Shown piece after piece: positions 19,236-30,096 of a stretch of DNA of 64,000 nt. Each line of letters opens with the position of its first letter. Within the stretch, counting starts at the first letter, position 1. The notes under the pieces are model-generated. The model had not been told where the DNA came from and ran no database searches. It saw nothing but the letters and a program-made list of their open reading frames with translations. The stretch spans positions 96,001 to 160,000 of the forward strand of contig CAXXFK010000007.1 of NCBI GenBank assembly GCA_963663965.2, given 5' to 3'. This DNA comes from Sedimentisphaerales bacterium. Lineage in GTDB: Bacteria > Planctomycetota > Phycisphaerae > Sedimentisphaerales > SM23-30. Position numbers and translations under genes: made by a program.

Positions 19236-21821
19236 ATGCAAACGATCAGAACATTTGTAGTAGTTCCGTCCATTCCAGAAAAACTGAAAAAACTAAAAGA
19301 AATCGCTAATAATATGTGGTGGGTCTGGGACCATGACGCCATCGATCTGTTTCGCAGACTGGATAGTCAGCTTTGGGAAGAATGTTATCACAGCCCGGTG
19401 TTGATGCTGAGCAAAATCGACCAGTCACAATTGGAGCGTGCTGTCGGCGAGCCGGGCTTCATGGCGCACTATAAGCGGGCGTGTGTCAAACATGATGAAT
19501 ACATGAACAGTGCGTGCCGGTTCGAAGATCGCGGGACCATTGCTTATTTCAGCGCCGAATTCGGCTTGCATGAAAGCCTTCCCATTTATTCCGGAGGCCT
19601 GGGCATCCTCGCCGGCGATCACCTGAAAAGCGCCAGCGATCTGGGCCTGAACCTGGTGGGCGTCGGCCTGCTCTATCGCCAGGGTTACTTCCGCCAGTAT
19701 CTCAATGCGGATGGCTGGCAGCAGGAAGCTTATCCGGAAAATGATTTCTACAACATGCCGGTCACGCTTATGGTTCGTGAGGATGGACGTCCGATACGGT
19801 TCCATGTTCGTATTGTTGATCGCGATGTCGTTGTCCAGGTTTGGCGCGTTGCGGTGGGGCGGGTGTCGCTCTATCTGCTCGACACCAATCTGCGCTGCAA
19901 TCGGATTGAAGACCGCCAGATTACCTCACAGCTGTACGGTGGCGATTCCACCATGCGAATTCGACAGGAAATCGTGCTGGGCATCGGCGGCTTCACCGCG
20001 CTTAAATGCTTGGGCGTTGAACCGGCCGTCTGTCATATGAATGAAGGACATGCGGCTTTTATGGCCTTGGAGCGGATCCGGCGGGTGATGGAAGAATATA
20101 AGATGACCTTCAATCAGGCCCGCGAAGCAACTCGTGTCAGTAATGTATTTACCACGCACACGCCGGTGCCCGCCGGCCATGATGCGTTCAGCCCGTCATT
20201 GATGGAAAAACATTTCAGCGATTATTTCCATATGCTCGGTATTGACTGGGATACCTTCATTGCCCTGGGACGCACTCACCTCGATGACAGTAACGCCCCG
20301 TTCAGCATGACCAATCTGGCGCTGCACTTGTCCAGTTATCGCAACGGGGTCAGCCAGTTACACGGCGAAGTCTCCCGGCAAATGTGTTCCAATGCCTGGC
20401 CGGGCGTGCCCGTCGAAGAAATACCCATCGGTTCCATCACCAACGGTATTCACGTTCGCACGTGGATCTCGCGGGATATGGCCGAACTCTATGATCGTTA
20501 TTTCGGCCTCAACTGGTATGACAGTCCCCATGAAACCAAATCGTTCCGGCAGGTATCGATGATTCCTGACGAAGAACTCTGGCGCACTCATGAACGCCGC
20601 CGTGAACGGCTGGTTGCCTTTGCCCGCACGCGTCTGCGTGAGCAATTGCGTTATCGTGGCGCCGGCCCCACGGAACTGGCGCGCGCTGAAGAGGCGCTGG
20701 ATCCTGAAGCGCTGACGATAGGATTTGCCCGCCGTTTTGCCACCTATAAACGCGGCACGTTGCTTTTCCAGGATCTGGAACGATTCGCGAATATTTTAAC
20801 CAATAAAGACCGCCCGGTGCAGGTTATCTTTGCCGGCAAGGCTCATCCTCGCGATACCGAAGGCAAAGACTTTATTAGAAAAATCATTCATTTCCTGCGC
20901 GAAGAACCCTTCCGCCGGCATGTCGTTTTCCTTGAGAACTATGATATGAATGTCGCCCGTCATCTGGTTCAAGGTGTCGATGTCTGGCTCAATACCCCGC
21001 GCCGCGGCATGGAGGCATCCGGCACCAGTGGCATGAAAGTGCTCAGTAACGGAGGACTCAATCTCAGTATTCTCGATGGCTGGTGGTGTGAAGGCTATTC
21101 CACCGAAGTCGGCTGGGCTATCGGCCGGGGCGAAAGCTATATGGATCGCACCTACGAAGATCAGGTCGAATCACACGCGCTTTACAACCTGCTGGAGAAC
21201 GATGTGATCCCGTTGTTCTATGAACGCTCTTCGGATCGTTTGCCGCGCGGCTGGATCAGGATGATGAAAAACTCCATTGAAAAAATTACCCCCGTTTTTT
21301 CTACCTCACGCATGGTTAGTGAATACGCTCAAAAATTCTATCTGCCCGCGGCCGAACGCTCCGCCGAATTCACTCAAGACAGCTATCGCCGTGCGATCGA
21401 ACTGGCCGACTGGAAGGATAGTATTCGCGACCGCTGGAATGAGGTTTCGGTTGGAAAAGTCGATATCCTCGGAAGTGGTGAATTACAGGTGGGCAATAAA
21501 CTCGAAGTGCGTACTCATATCAAACTGGGCAACGTGGATCCGCGCGATGTTGTGGTCGAAATGTATGAAGGCCTGATCGACGCGTCTGATGGTCGTATTC
21601 ATCATGGCCGTTCCGTTCCCATGGAGTTTGTGGGCGCTGCCAATGACGGCTACTTTATCTTCAAGGGCCTGATTCCATGTATTCGAAGCGGCCTGTGCGG
21701 ATTTGCCGTACGTGTGGTGCCCTGTCACGCAGACATGTGCGACAAATACGATCTTGGGCTGATCCGCTGGGAAGAACTTGTGGACGAATCGGTCGCAATG
21801 CGCGAAAAAGTACATTCCTGA
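19236..21821 (+). CDS. glgP: Alpha-glucan (glycogen) phosphorylase, GT35
   Basis: YFSAEFG, YSGGLGILAGDHLKSASDL, HMNEGH, FARRFATYKR, EASGTSGMK PLP site. Confidence 0.96.
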   Translation: MQTIRTFVVVPSIPEKLKKLKEIANNMWWVWDHDAIDLFRRLDSQLWEECYHSPVLMLSKIDQSQLERAVGEPGFMAHYKRACVKHDEYMNSACRFEDRGTIAYFSAEFGLHESLPIYSGGLGILAGDHLKSASDLGLNLVGVGLLYRQGYFRQYLNADGWQQEAYPENDFYNMPVTLMVREDGRPIRFHVRIVDRDVVVQVWRVAVGRVSLYLLDTNLRCNRIEDRQITSQLYGGDSTMRIRQEIVLGIGGFTALKCLGVEPAVCHMNEGHAAFMALERIRRVMEEYKMTFNQAREATRVSNVFTTHTPVPAGHDAFSPSLMEKHFSDYFHMLGIDWDTFIALGRTHLDDSNAPFSMTNLALHLSSYRNGVSQLHGEVSRQMCSNAWPGVPVEEIPIGSITNGIHVRTWISRDMAELYDRYFGLNWYDSPHETKSFRQVSMIPDEELWRTHERRRERLVAFARTRLREQLRYRGAGPTELARAEEALDPEALTIGFARRFATYKRGTLLFQDLERFANILTNKDRPVQVIFAGKAHPRDTEGKDFIRKIIHFLREEPFRRHVVFLENYDMNVARHLVQGVDVWLNTPRRGMEASGTSGMKVLSNGGLNLSILDGWWCEGYSTEVGWAIGRGESYMDRTYEDQVESHALYNLLENDVIPLFYERSSDRLPRGWIRMMKNSIEKITPVFSTSRMVSEYAQKFYLPAAERSAEFTQDSYRRAIELADWKDSIRDRWNEVSVGKVDILGSGELQVGNKLEVRTHIKLGNVDPRDVVVEMYEGLIDASDGRIHHGRSVPMEFVGAANDGYFIFKGLIPCIRSGLCGFAVRVVPCHADMCDKYDLGLIRWEELVDESVAMREKVHS

Positions 21822-21844
21822 CCGCAGAGGTTATGATAGTCATC

Positions 21845-21880
21845 AAAAAAGCCGGAAGACCATAATCTTCCGGCTTTTTT
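21845..21880. terminator. Bidirectional intrinsic terminator
   Basis: A6-GCCGGAAGA-loop-TCTTCCGGC-T6 between convergent genes. Confidence 0.9.
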
Positions 21881-21899
21881 ATTAACGAATTTTTGTCCG

Positions 21900-22712
21900 T
21901 TAGCGGGTGGCCAGCTTTTTAATCCAGATGGGCCATCGATCATCAGCCACAGTATTGGGTTTGAAGGCTTTATGCCATTTCAAATTCCAGAGTTCACGAA
22001 CTCCCGTTGGCTGAACAGACCAGTCGAGCATTAAGACATTGATGCCCCCGTTGTGACGGTCCATGGCGAAATGAAGCATGCCCCCGTCGTATCCACGCCA
22101 TTCGCCATTAGCGGAGGGAATTTGGTTTTTGCGGGTGTAGTCATAAGGCGCGCCGCCCCGCCACATCGCATCGGCAAACACCGGGATATTATTTGCGTTT
22201 TTCTGGTTGGCCCTTTGAAAATAATAGTCATACTCCCGGCCCTGATTGTTTCCGGTTTTACTGACGGATGACATCCAGACATTCATGCCATAGCTGCAAA
22301 TTTCTGTCTTGCCGGTTTGGGTGCTGATCTGACCGCCGCCGCCCATGATATACGAATGTTTTTCGCTACCATATTCCACTTCCGTGCCGTTGGGGCCGAT
22401 TCGACGTTTATCTATGGTCATCGGGCATCGCATAATATCCGATTCAGTATCATACATTTTTCGTAAGTAAATGATCCATTCGCCACGAACCCAACCAATG
22501 CCGTCTATTCCGGTCGGGCAGAATTTGTCTTCATTTTCATTGGTATACATCCCCCAGATCAATCCCCATTGATGCAGGTTGGCCTTGCATACTGAATCCC
22601 GCGCCTGTAACCGGGCCTTGCCCAGCGCCGGCATCAAAATAGCGACTAAAAGTGCGATAATTGATATTACTACTAATAACTCAATCAGCGTAAATCCTTG
22701 TTTTTTTGACAT
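21900..22712 (-). CDS. Prepilin-type N-terminal cleavage/methylation protein (DUF1559 / H-X9-DG type)
   Basis: [57 protein letters not shown]; start moved to ATG 22712. Confidence 0.9.
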   Translation of the reverse strand: MSKKQGFTLIELLVVISIIALLVAILMPALGKARLQARDSVCKANLHQWGLIWGMYTNENEDKFCPTGIDGIGWVRGEWIIYLRKMYDTESDIMRCPMTIDKRRIGPNGTEVEYGSEKHSYIMGGGGQISTQTGKTEICSYGMNVWMSSVSKTGNNQGREYDYYFQRANQKNANNIPVFADAMWRGGAPYDYTRKNQIPSANGEWRGYDGGMLHFAMDRHNGGINVLMLDWSVQPTGVRELWNLKWHKAFKPNTVADDRWPIWIKKLATR

Positions 22713-22974
22713 ATCGTAACCATCCAAATCATGTAACACGATTAACTTAATCCATACATATAGAAAAATAGTGACAGACACTATTTGATAAAATTTAATC
22801 TTGTAAATCCTCTCTATACATTTATGACCGGAAAAGGCAATTTATATACACTAAAAATTTAATAATTATGACAAAAATATTGAATGTTGCGCCAATATAT
22901 AACGCGCGGCAAAGTTGTTCATATATAATACAGATTGACTTTATTTCTTTGTAAACTAGAATACTAGGTACTCT

Positions 22975-23484
22975 ATGAGCGAAGATTTAACAAGCGCCTC
23001 TCTACGAATTTCCAGTAATCAAGCATCATTAATAAGACATTATTCTGGCATGACCAGACTGATTTCTGGTTTGATTTTTGCCATTTGCATGTCTATTCTA
23101 TTTTTTGCCGTTACTATCGTCCCCCAATCCAGAGGTTTTGGAACACATACCCAGCTGGGCCTGCCTGAATGCGGCTTTTTGTCTCGCACCGGCCATCCAT
23201 GTATTACCTGTGGCATGACAACTTCTTTTGCCCTAATGGCCAGAGGGAGCATTCTGCAAGCGTTTGCTACTCAGCCTGCCGGTGCGATTATGGCCCTGGC
23301 ATGTTTGGGAGCCTGCTTGATAACCGGATATATCCTGATCGCTGGAAAAAGGAACAGGTTTATTGATAATATCTTAGATTTTATACTGTATCGTTATATT
23401 ACAACAGGAGTTATAACTCTGATAATTTTACTGGCGGGCTGGCTATGGACCTGGTTGAGAATTTCAAATCATACCAACAATTGA
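22975..23484 (+). CDS. DUF2752-like membrane protein
   Basis: GTHTQLGLPEC...PCITCGMTTSF plus three TM segments; candidate promoter TTGACT-N16-TAGAAT at 22935-22962. Confidence 0.8.
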   Translation: MSEDLTSASLRISSNQASLIRHYSGMTRLISGLIFAICMSILFFAVTIVPQSRGFGTHTQLGLPECGFLSRTGHPCITCGMTTSFALMARGSILQAFATQPAGAIMALACLGACLITGYILIAGKRNRFIDNILDFILYRYITTGVITLIILLAGWLWTWLRISNHTNN

Positions 23485-24134
23485 AGCAATCTTTCGGCAG
23501 GCATCTGATATTATTGGGATTGTTATCACTGATGTTGACATCTTCTGTTGGGTGCAATTTGCTGGCATATCCAGCCTATATTATTGCAGGTGGGGGCGAA
23601 AAAAAAGTTAAGGCCGCGTATAAAGGCCTGAATAACCAGACTATCGCGATCTTGATTGCCGCCGATCCGGATGTAGAAGCCAGGTATCCCCAGTCTGCAA
23701 CGGCCATATCTTTGGGAATTTCCCGGTTTATTGGTGAACATGTTGAAAATACCCGCTTTATTGCTTCCGATCTGATTGATGCTTACAAAATGAAAAATCT
23801 GGAGTGGTATACTCTGCCGATGGGGCAGGTCGGCCGGGATTTGAAGGCAGATCGAATACTTTATCTGGATTTGTATCAATATGATATGTATGAACCTGGT
23901 AGTATTCAGCTGCTGCACGGACAGATTGCCGCGACTCTGAAGGTTTACGAAATAAATTCCAACCGTCCTGATTCACCGGTTTGCAAACTACCGGTTCAAG
24001 CTGAATACCCTTCTGGCGCACCTGTTGCTGCCAGCGATACTGCGCTCTGGTCGGTGACCCAGAAAACGACATTATTATTTGCCGATAATGTCGCCAAGAA
24101 ATTTTATGACCATAAAGTCAATAATTCTAAATGA
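23445..24134 (+). CDS. Putative lipoprotein, hypothetical
   Basis: Hydrophobic leader ending SVGC; start uncertain. Confidence 0.7.
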   Translation: MDLVENFKSYQQLKQSFGRHLILLGLLSLMLTSSVGCNLLAYPAYIIAGGGEKKVKAAYKGLNNQTIAILIAADPDVEARYPQSATAISLGISRFIGEHVENTRFIASDLIDAYKMKNLEWYTLPMGQVGRDLKADRILYLDLYQYDMYEPGSIQLLHGQIAATLKVYEINSNRPDSPVCKLPVQAEYPSGAPVAASDTALWSVTQKTTLLFADNVAKKFYDHKVNNSK

Positions 24135-24166
24135 TCTTTCTTGATGGTTGATCCTGATTCAGGCGA

Positions 24167-25714
24167 TCACTTGGAATTTTTGATCTCAAGTGTCGTTTGG
24201 GCCGAATTGTTCGTTTTGTCTGTTTCAATAAATAAATCATCGGGGTCTATCTGGAACGCGACCTGATAACGGCTGGCCTTGTCTGATTGAAAATACCACT
24301 TTGTGGGTTTGATAACAAATTCAGTTTTTCCCAGCGCCGGTATTGCCTGGTCGAAACGGGAATAATACATTTTTTCACCATTCAGCGACAGGGCGATATT
24401 AAAAGAGCCCGCGGGAATGGCAGCGTTCGAGTGGTTGGATAATATCGCACGGAATGAAATCGGTTTGTCAACTAACGCCTCATCCGGTTCTATGATCACC
24501 TTTTCCGCCGAGACATCATAACCTGCGATAATGGACTCAATCTCACTCGTTAAGATACGATCGCCATCCTCGGGCAGTCCAACATGGACCGCGCGGATCA
24601 TGCCCTGTTTATCAATAAGCATCGTTGTTGGAAATGCGCTGACCCCGAATGCGCTCGCCACTTTACCTTGAATATCTAAGGGTACGATAATATCGAATGA
24701 AGTTTCTTGCAAAAACTGTTTCACCGTCGCTTCGTCTTCTTTGTAATTAATGGGATATAAAACGACTTGTTTTTTTCGATGGGCCTCGCTCACCCGAACG
24801 ATCATCGGCATCGCCTTGCGGCAAGGCCCGCACCAACTCGCCCAGAAATCAAGAATGATGATATCTTGATTTTTATGGCTGGCCAGCGAAATGGCCTGTC
24901 CATCGGCCGTCTTTAATTGGAAATCAGGCGCCTGGCGATTTAGCATGGGGTGATTCTCGCCGGTTGATTGAGGTTGTCTGAACTGGGCAACCCGTTTGTA
25001 ACTGGGGGGCGCTTCATATTGGAATATCCGGTCATCAATGATGCGGTCCATTGACCAGTTGCGAAACTCCCATTTGAGATCGACAGTCACGTCATTGACT
25101 TTCATGTGGGCCATCATTTTTATCGGTTCTGCCTGCCCGGTTGCCTGGATCCACAAATCGAATTGACTGCGTTCATTATACTTGATGCCCAATCGCTGGC
25201 AGGCGATTCCGTTTATGGTTTCATCCGGTTTGCGTTCTATCTGGGCGGTTCCGGCAAAACCTTGATAGATGTCTTCCTGCAACAGGTTTTCCAGCAATGG
25301 CGCCTGGCTGGCTATCCGGCGGGCTTCACCGGTTCTTAATGCCTGCAAAATGGTGTCTGGCGCCGGATGATAAATGACTTCGTTAAGCGACCGGTTCAGG
25401 CTGACCATCTCTTCGTCATTACAGGCAATCAATTCATCCCCTTCCAGACCGCTTTGAATTCTCAGATAGTGTGGTTTTTTTACGGCGATTTTTAAGCGGT
25501 CTTGGGTAACAGTAGTAATGGGGGGCTGTTGGACGGTCAGGGTGATATTGGTATCGAATTCAAATGATTTTAAATTGTCAAACTGCCAGGCCAGCCTCTG
25601 TAATACCGCTTCTGCGTCTGGGGCAGGATTCCTCTTGCCGGTCTCCTCGCCCCATATCCAGTGGATGAATGTAAGGACGATACCTATCATCAGACATAAC
25701 TCTTTGTTTTTCAA
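24167..25714 (-). CDS. Exported fusion: DUF2092/LolA-like domain + TlpA/ResA redoxin + CARDB-like Ig domain
   Basis: TTG start with AGGAG RBS; APDFQL, DFWASWCGPC, FPTTMLIDKQG; C-terminal IDPDDLFIETDKTNN. Confidence 0.8.
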   Translation of the reverse strand: MKNKELCLMIGIVLTFIHWIWGEETGKRNPAPDAEAVLQRLAWQFDNLKSFEFDTNITLTVQQPPITTVTQDRLKIAVKKPHYLRIQSGLEGDELIACNDEEMVSLNRSLNEVIYHPAPDTILQALRTGEARRIASQAPLLENLLQEDIYQGFAGTAQIERKPDETINGIACQRLGIKYNERSQFDLWIQATGQAEPIKMMAHMKVNDVTVDLKWEFRNWSMDRIIDDRIFQYEAPPSYKRVAQFRQPQSTGENHPMLNRQAPDFQLKTADGQAISLASHKNQDIIILDFWASWCGPCRKAMPMIVRVSEAHRKKQVVLYPINYKEDEATVKQFLQETSFDIIVPLDIQGKVASAFGVSAFPTTMLIDKQGMIRAVHVGLPEDGDRILTSEIESIIAGYDVSAEKVIIEPDEALVDKPISFRAILSNHSNAAIPAGSFNIALSLNGEKMYYSRFDQAIPALGKTEFVIKPTKWYFQSDKASRYQVAFQIDPDDLFIETDKTNNSAQTTLEIKNSK

Positions 25715-26097
25715 TAGCTACTCCTGAAATATCTGGTTAAGTTCATGAAGGATTGACAATTCCATTTAATTTGGATTCAGATGAAAAGTCAAGCGTTCTG
25801 TATATTGTCTCAGTGGGCCGCCCTTGGCGGATAAAATAGTTAAAATTTGGTTAATTTTTTTAATGGCAACGGTTTATATCGCTGATAATGAATAAGACGG
25901 CTCCAGAGACTTTTTGCTGGATACGTTATCCGAGAGCGTCTTAAAGGCTGTTTTTTTTATTGGTTTCAATATTACTTTATGTTAATTTGTATCAAATTGT
26001 TATTTCAATAGTTTCAAGATGGCCATGGCCAGGCATTGGATACCTGTTAAATCAAAGCCAAAAAATCCATCTGACTGCTCAAAACAGGATGATTATT

Positions 26098-26424
26098 ATG
26101 ACAACACAGGAATGGTCTGAAAAAATACTGATGATCGATCTTCAGGACGATCCGGAATTTACCGATGAAGTTGTCGCTTTAACCGATCGCATGCAAAAGG
26201 AACCTCGCGACGTCGTATTGAATTTCCATACTGTCAAGTTCCTCAACTCCTCCAATATCTCCCGCCTGTTGCAGCTTCGCAAGGTTCTTCATGACCGACA
26301 TAAACGCCTTCGTCTCTGCGCCATCAGTATTCAGGTCTGGGGGGTTTTTCTGCTCACCGGGCTTGATGCCATCTTCGAAGTCTCCGAAGATACTGCTTCC
26401 GCATTGGCTTCTTTGCAGATTTAA
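26098..26424 (+). CDS. STAS-domain anti-sigma factor antagonist
   Basis: VVLNFHTVKFLNSSNISRLL...VFLLTGLDAIF; start moved to ATG 26098 after AGGA. Confidence 0.85.
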   Translation: MTTQEWSEKILMIDLQDDPEFTDEVVALTDRMQKEPRDVVLNFHTVKFLNSSNISRLLQLRKVLHDRHKRLRLCAISIQVWGVFLLTGLDAIFEVSEDTASALASLQI

Positions 26425-26504
26425 TAGGACAAAAACTTGCATTCCGGCCAGTTGATAATTGGTTCCGTTTGACAGGCAGCCCTTGGTCTCCCGGCTTGAT
26501 AAGC

Positions 26505-28589
26505 TTAAAACTTGAGCTGGAATCTGGCAAAAAATGTCCGCCCCGGCGTTTCGATTGCACTGAATTGTCCCAATCCAAAATTCGGGTCGTGTTGGCGATT
26601 AAGCAAGTCTGAAACACCAATCATCAGTTCCCCCAGATTCTGGCCGACGGTCCGGTTCAGGGTAAGGTCGAGCCGGTGAAAACTGTCGGATATTTTGTCC
26701 GGAGTCCGATTGCCATATGTGGAGTCGATAAAACGATAATTACTGTTGAAGGTCCACCGGTCATTAAAATAAATGCGCCAGGTAAGGCCCGCCTTGTGCT
26801 TGGACGGCGAATACGCCCGAATATCCTGGCCGCCGTAAGCCATGTCCAGGTCGTTGAAGGCATACCAGGATTTAAACAAGAACGGCTTGAATCTCGCTTC
26901 CAGCTCGGCTTCCGCGCCAAAGGCATAAATGTCTTCATCGTTGTACATATGAAACGTTCTTAGCCCCAGGCCGGTAGGGTCAGGCAAATCTTTTACGGTT
27001 ATAACGTTATTCAACTTTTGATAATAGCCATTCAGGTTAAACGTCGTATGACGATAGATCTGTTGGCGATAACCCGCTTCAAAGGACCAGAGTTGCTCAT
27101 TTTTCAAATCGTTCTGACGGACCAGGTTCAATGCGTATAAGTTGGGAGCTACCTGCAGGGTGTGCTGCTCGGTGTCGCGCAGAAATGCCATGGGGGTGCG
27201 ATAGGAACGGGCGATGCTGAAACGCAAGGTTTGCGTGCCCTGGTCGTTCAGATCATACAACGCGGTTATCCGGGTGGCGTAATCGTTATCCACTTCCGAA
27301 AACACATCGCCTCGCAATTGGTTTTCCAGGGTTAAGCGGGAATTAATCTGCCAGGTGTCAATCGCGAATAATCCCGCCTGGTATTCGTGATGGTAATGGT
27401 AGGGATACTTCAGCATATCCGGGTCATTCGCTTCAAACTGAACCGTTGTCAGGCGTACATTGGAACCGATTTGTATCACATGATTTTCAATGGGTGAAAA
27501 CTGATACTGACCCTCCAGATCGTACTCGCCCGTTGTCCAGCGAATACAGGATGGATTATAAGTGTCTCCATAATTGATGGAAAACTGCAGGTAGCCGGTA
27601 CTGTCGTCTTCAAACTGATGATTGATTCGGGCAAAGGAAGAGAGGTTATTGATCCACATGTCCTCTTTCGGATTCAAGGCCATGAATTCCAGACCCCCGG
27701 TATTGAAGTGGGTATAACCAATGCCGGTATCGATTTGATTCTCTTCCGAAAGGCTAAAAGTTGTTTCGTTGTTGATAATTAGCTGCCGATAATAATCACG
27801 GGCATAGAATGTATCCTGGTCCATGAAAGGCACTAATGCAGAATTTCGATAGGCAATGTCGCCCGCTCCTGCCTGGTCTGAACTGACCAGACTGTTGTAG
27901 CCGGCGGATATTTTACTTTGAAAAAAATCGTTGCCAAATCCATAGCGAACATGAGAAAAACTGTCGCCAAAATGCGAGAAGGTTGTGCTGATCAGTCCGC
28001 CTTGCACGTCTTTGGGCTTTTTGGTGATGATATTGATGACGCCAGTATAAGCATTGGCGCCCCAGGCGGCGCCACCCGGTCCTCGAACAATTTCTATCCG
28101 CTCGATATCTTCTGCCAGCAATGAATGACGGAAATATTCTGATCCGCCATAAAAAGGACTGTTGCCAGAGCGGCCGTCAATCAATACCAGGGTGCGTTCT
28201 GAAAGAATATCATGTAATCCACGAACGCCATTGGCATAAAAATTACGCCGGATTGGCAATGAATCCATACCGGTTGAAAATTGTAAAATTTCGGTTAACG
28301 GGCTTAATCCGCTGTAATGGATGTCTTCTGCCGTTATTACGGATACCGGCACGGAGCTTTTGTTGATTTTTTGCTGGGATCGTGATGCGGACACGATTAT
28401 CGGGATATCCATGAGTTCTTCCAGCGAAAGATCCAGTAAATCATTCTTAAAAGAGTTCGGATCCGTCGTATTCTCCCCCCCGGCATAGCTGGTAAGTAGC
28501 GTTCCCGCCATCGCGGTTACTAGCATGGCATAAAAAATAATGTGTTGTTTGAGGGTGGCCATTAGGTACGTGCGGTTGTGCCGGCTCAT
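26505..28589 (-). CDS. TonB-dependent receptor (LSLEELM-type plug)
   Basis: DLLDLSLEELMDIPIIVSASR, VSVITAEDI, LVLIDGR, IERIEIVRGPGGAAWGANAYTGVINIITK, C-terminal PGRTFFARFQLKF. Confidence 0.93.
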   Translation of the reverse strand: MSRHNRTYLMATLKQHIIFYAMLVTAMAGTLLTSYAGGENTTDPNSFKNDLLDLSLEELMDIPIIVSASRSQQKINKSSVPVSVITAEDIHYSGLSPLTEILQFSTGMDSLPIRRNFYANGVRGLHDILSERTLVLIDGRSGNSPFYGGSEYFRHSLLAEDIERIEIVRGPGGAAWGANAYTGVINIITKKPKDVQGGLISTTFSHFGDSFSHVRYGFGNDFFQSKISAGYNSLVSSDQAGAGDIAYRNSALVPFMDQDTFYARDYYRQLIINNETTFSLSEENQIDTGIGYTHFNTGGLEFMALNPKEDMWINNLSSFARINHQFEDDSTGYLQFSINYGDTYNPSCIRWTTGEYDLEGQYQFSPIENHVIQIGSNVRLTTVQFEANDPDMLKYPYHYHHEYQAGLFAIDTWQINSRLTLENQLRGDVFSEVDNDYATRITALYDLNDQGTQTLRFSIARSYRTPMAFLRDTEQHTLQVAPNLYALNLVRQNDLKNEQLWSFEAGYRQQIYRHTTFNLNGYYQKLNNVITVKDLPDPTGLGLRTFHMYNDEDIYAFGAEAELEARFKPFLFKSWYAFNDLDMAYGGQDIRAYSPSKHKAGLTWRIYFNDRWTFNSNYRFIDSTYGNRTPDKISDSFHRLDLTLNRTVGQNLGELMIGVSDLLNRQHDPNFGLGQFSAIETPGRTFFARFQLKF

Positions 28590-28627
28590 TTCTATTTACA
28601 CCTCTTCAATTGATATATATATAATTG

Positions 28628-28655
28628 TTATCGACATTTTCCAGGCCAGATTTTA
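28628..28655 (-). promoter_or_regulatory. Candidate sigma28 (FliA/SigD-like) promoter for the TonB receptor
   Basis: Minus strand reads TAAA-N16-GTCGATAA, ~40 bp upstream of the ATG. Confidence 0.55.
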
Positions 28656-28818
28656 TCTTAAAACAGATGGGTCTGATAACCAGCTTGTTAGGCAGTGGCA
28701 GTATCTCCGGTTTGGCAAAAAGGTGTTTTGAAAACTTGAAATCGTGTTGATAAGACATCCCGTTTGATATATGCTTGGCATTCAATAAAACTGGTTTTAA
28801 GTAGCTGGATTAAGGAAA

Positions 28819-29907
28819 ATGATGATTAAATTCTTATGCCGACATTGTGGCCAGAAAATTAAAGTGCCGATTGAATATGTCTCACAAAAAGTCAGATGCC
28901 CGGCCTGTTCGGCAACTTTCGTTGTTCCAGACCCCAAAATGGATCCTGTTGGCTGCTCCTGGTATGATCCAACCGGTTCTGAAATGCCCAATGAGGACCG
29001 GGCGGATATCTGGTCGGATGAACTGATTCATTTATCTCAGGTTGTTCAGGATGAGCAGAAAGAATCCTCGGAAAATAAGCACGACAATTATTACAATGGC
29101 CCGAAATGCCCACAATGCGGTAACCCTTTGACTGAAGAGTTATCGGTCTGTACCCGGTGTGGCAGCCGAATCCAGTCTCCATCTAAATCTCAAGTTCAAA
29201 AAAAAGTTGATAAAACGGCCAGAGATCGTGTGCCCGAAAGGTATCGCCTGCCGCTGGCAGTGATTTTGAGTTTTTGGGGGGCTATGATCGGCGGGATAGC
29301 CTGGGCCGCCCTTGGCCATTTTGCTCATCTGGAAGCGGGATCTGTTGCTATAGGCATTGGAATACTGGCTGGAACGGGCGCCTCAATCATACCCCATTAT
29401 TCTATCAAGTTAGGGATCTTTGCTACCAGTATGGCGCTCTTGGGTATTTTGGCCGGCAAATTGATAATGATTCATTGGTCCGAACCGGATTTTGCCCGGG
29501 ATATCAGAGACAATCCCCCGGAGAACTGGATTGAAGAAATGGTTAATGATGAACAGGTGCTGTTTAAATTAGCCATAGAGGATTTGCATCAGCAACGTGC
29601 TCTTACTACAGAGTTAAAGGATCAGCTGATGGACTGTTACATTCATGATAAAATTGATCAAACACCCGACTTGCGGGCTGGACGTCTTAAAGTTTTGGGC
29701 CATATAAATAAGTGGGATGACCAGACACGCCATTCTAAAGCACGTGGATATATTCAGCAACATGCCGATGAGATTGCCGGGGGTTTTGTTTCAGAAAAAT
29801 CCCTCGGTGAAAAATTATGGAAATCCCTTGGGCGTTGGGACTTTCTATGGTTTCTTCTGGCCGCAGGCAGTGCCTTTAAAATAGCCACCAGGCATCAGAA
29901 GCCATAA
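28819..29907 (+). CDS. Zinc-ribbon-containing membrane protein
   Basis: CRHC/CPAC and CPQC/CTRC pairs followed by several TM helices. Confidence 0.75.
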   Translation: MMIKFLCRHCGQKIKVPIEYVSQKVRCPACSATFVVPDPKMDPVGCSWYDPTGSEMPNEDRADIWSDELIHLSQVVQDEQKESSENKHDNYYNGPKCPQCGNPLTEELSVCTRCGSRIQSPSKSQVQKKVDKTARDRVPERYRLPLAVILSFWGAMIGGIAWAALGHFAHLEAGSVAIGIGILAGTGASIIPHYSIKLGIFATSMALLGILAGKLIMIHWSEPDFARDIRDNPPENWIEEMVNDEQVLFKLAIEDLHQQRALTTELKDQLMDCYIHDKIDQTPDLRAGRLKVLGHINKWDDQTRHSKARGYIQQHADEIAGGFVSEKSLGEKLWKSLGRWDFLWFLLAAGSAFKIATRHQKP

Positions 29908-30096
29908 AAACCCCGCCCCGTTGTTTTATAAATTACACAGTGTTTATTATATTGTTGACACGGACCTGAATGGGTTTAAGTGATTTATTATTATGGCTTT
30001 ATGTTCGAAATCTCTTGCAGTCGAAACGAACCCAAATCCATTGGCCCCGTATCCAATCTGAATCGGAGTATCATTATTCAGAGGACCAACCAAACA

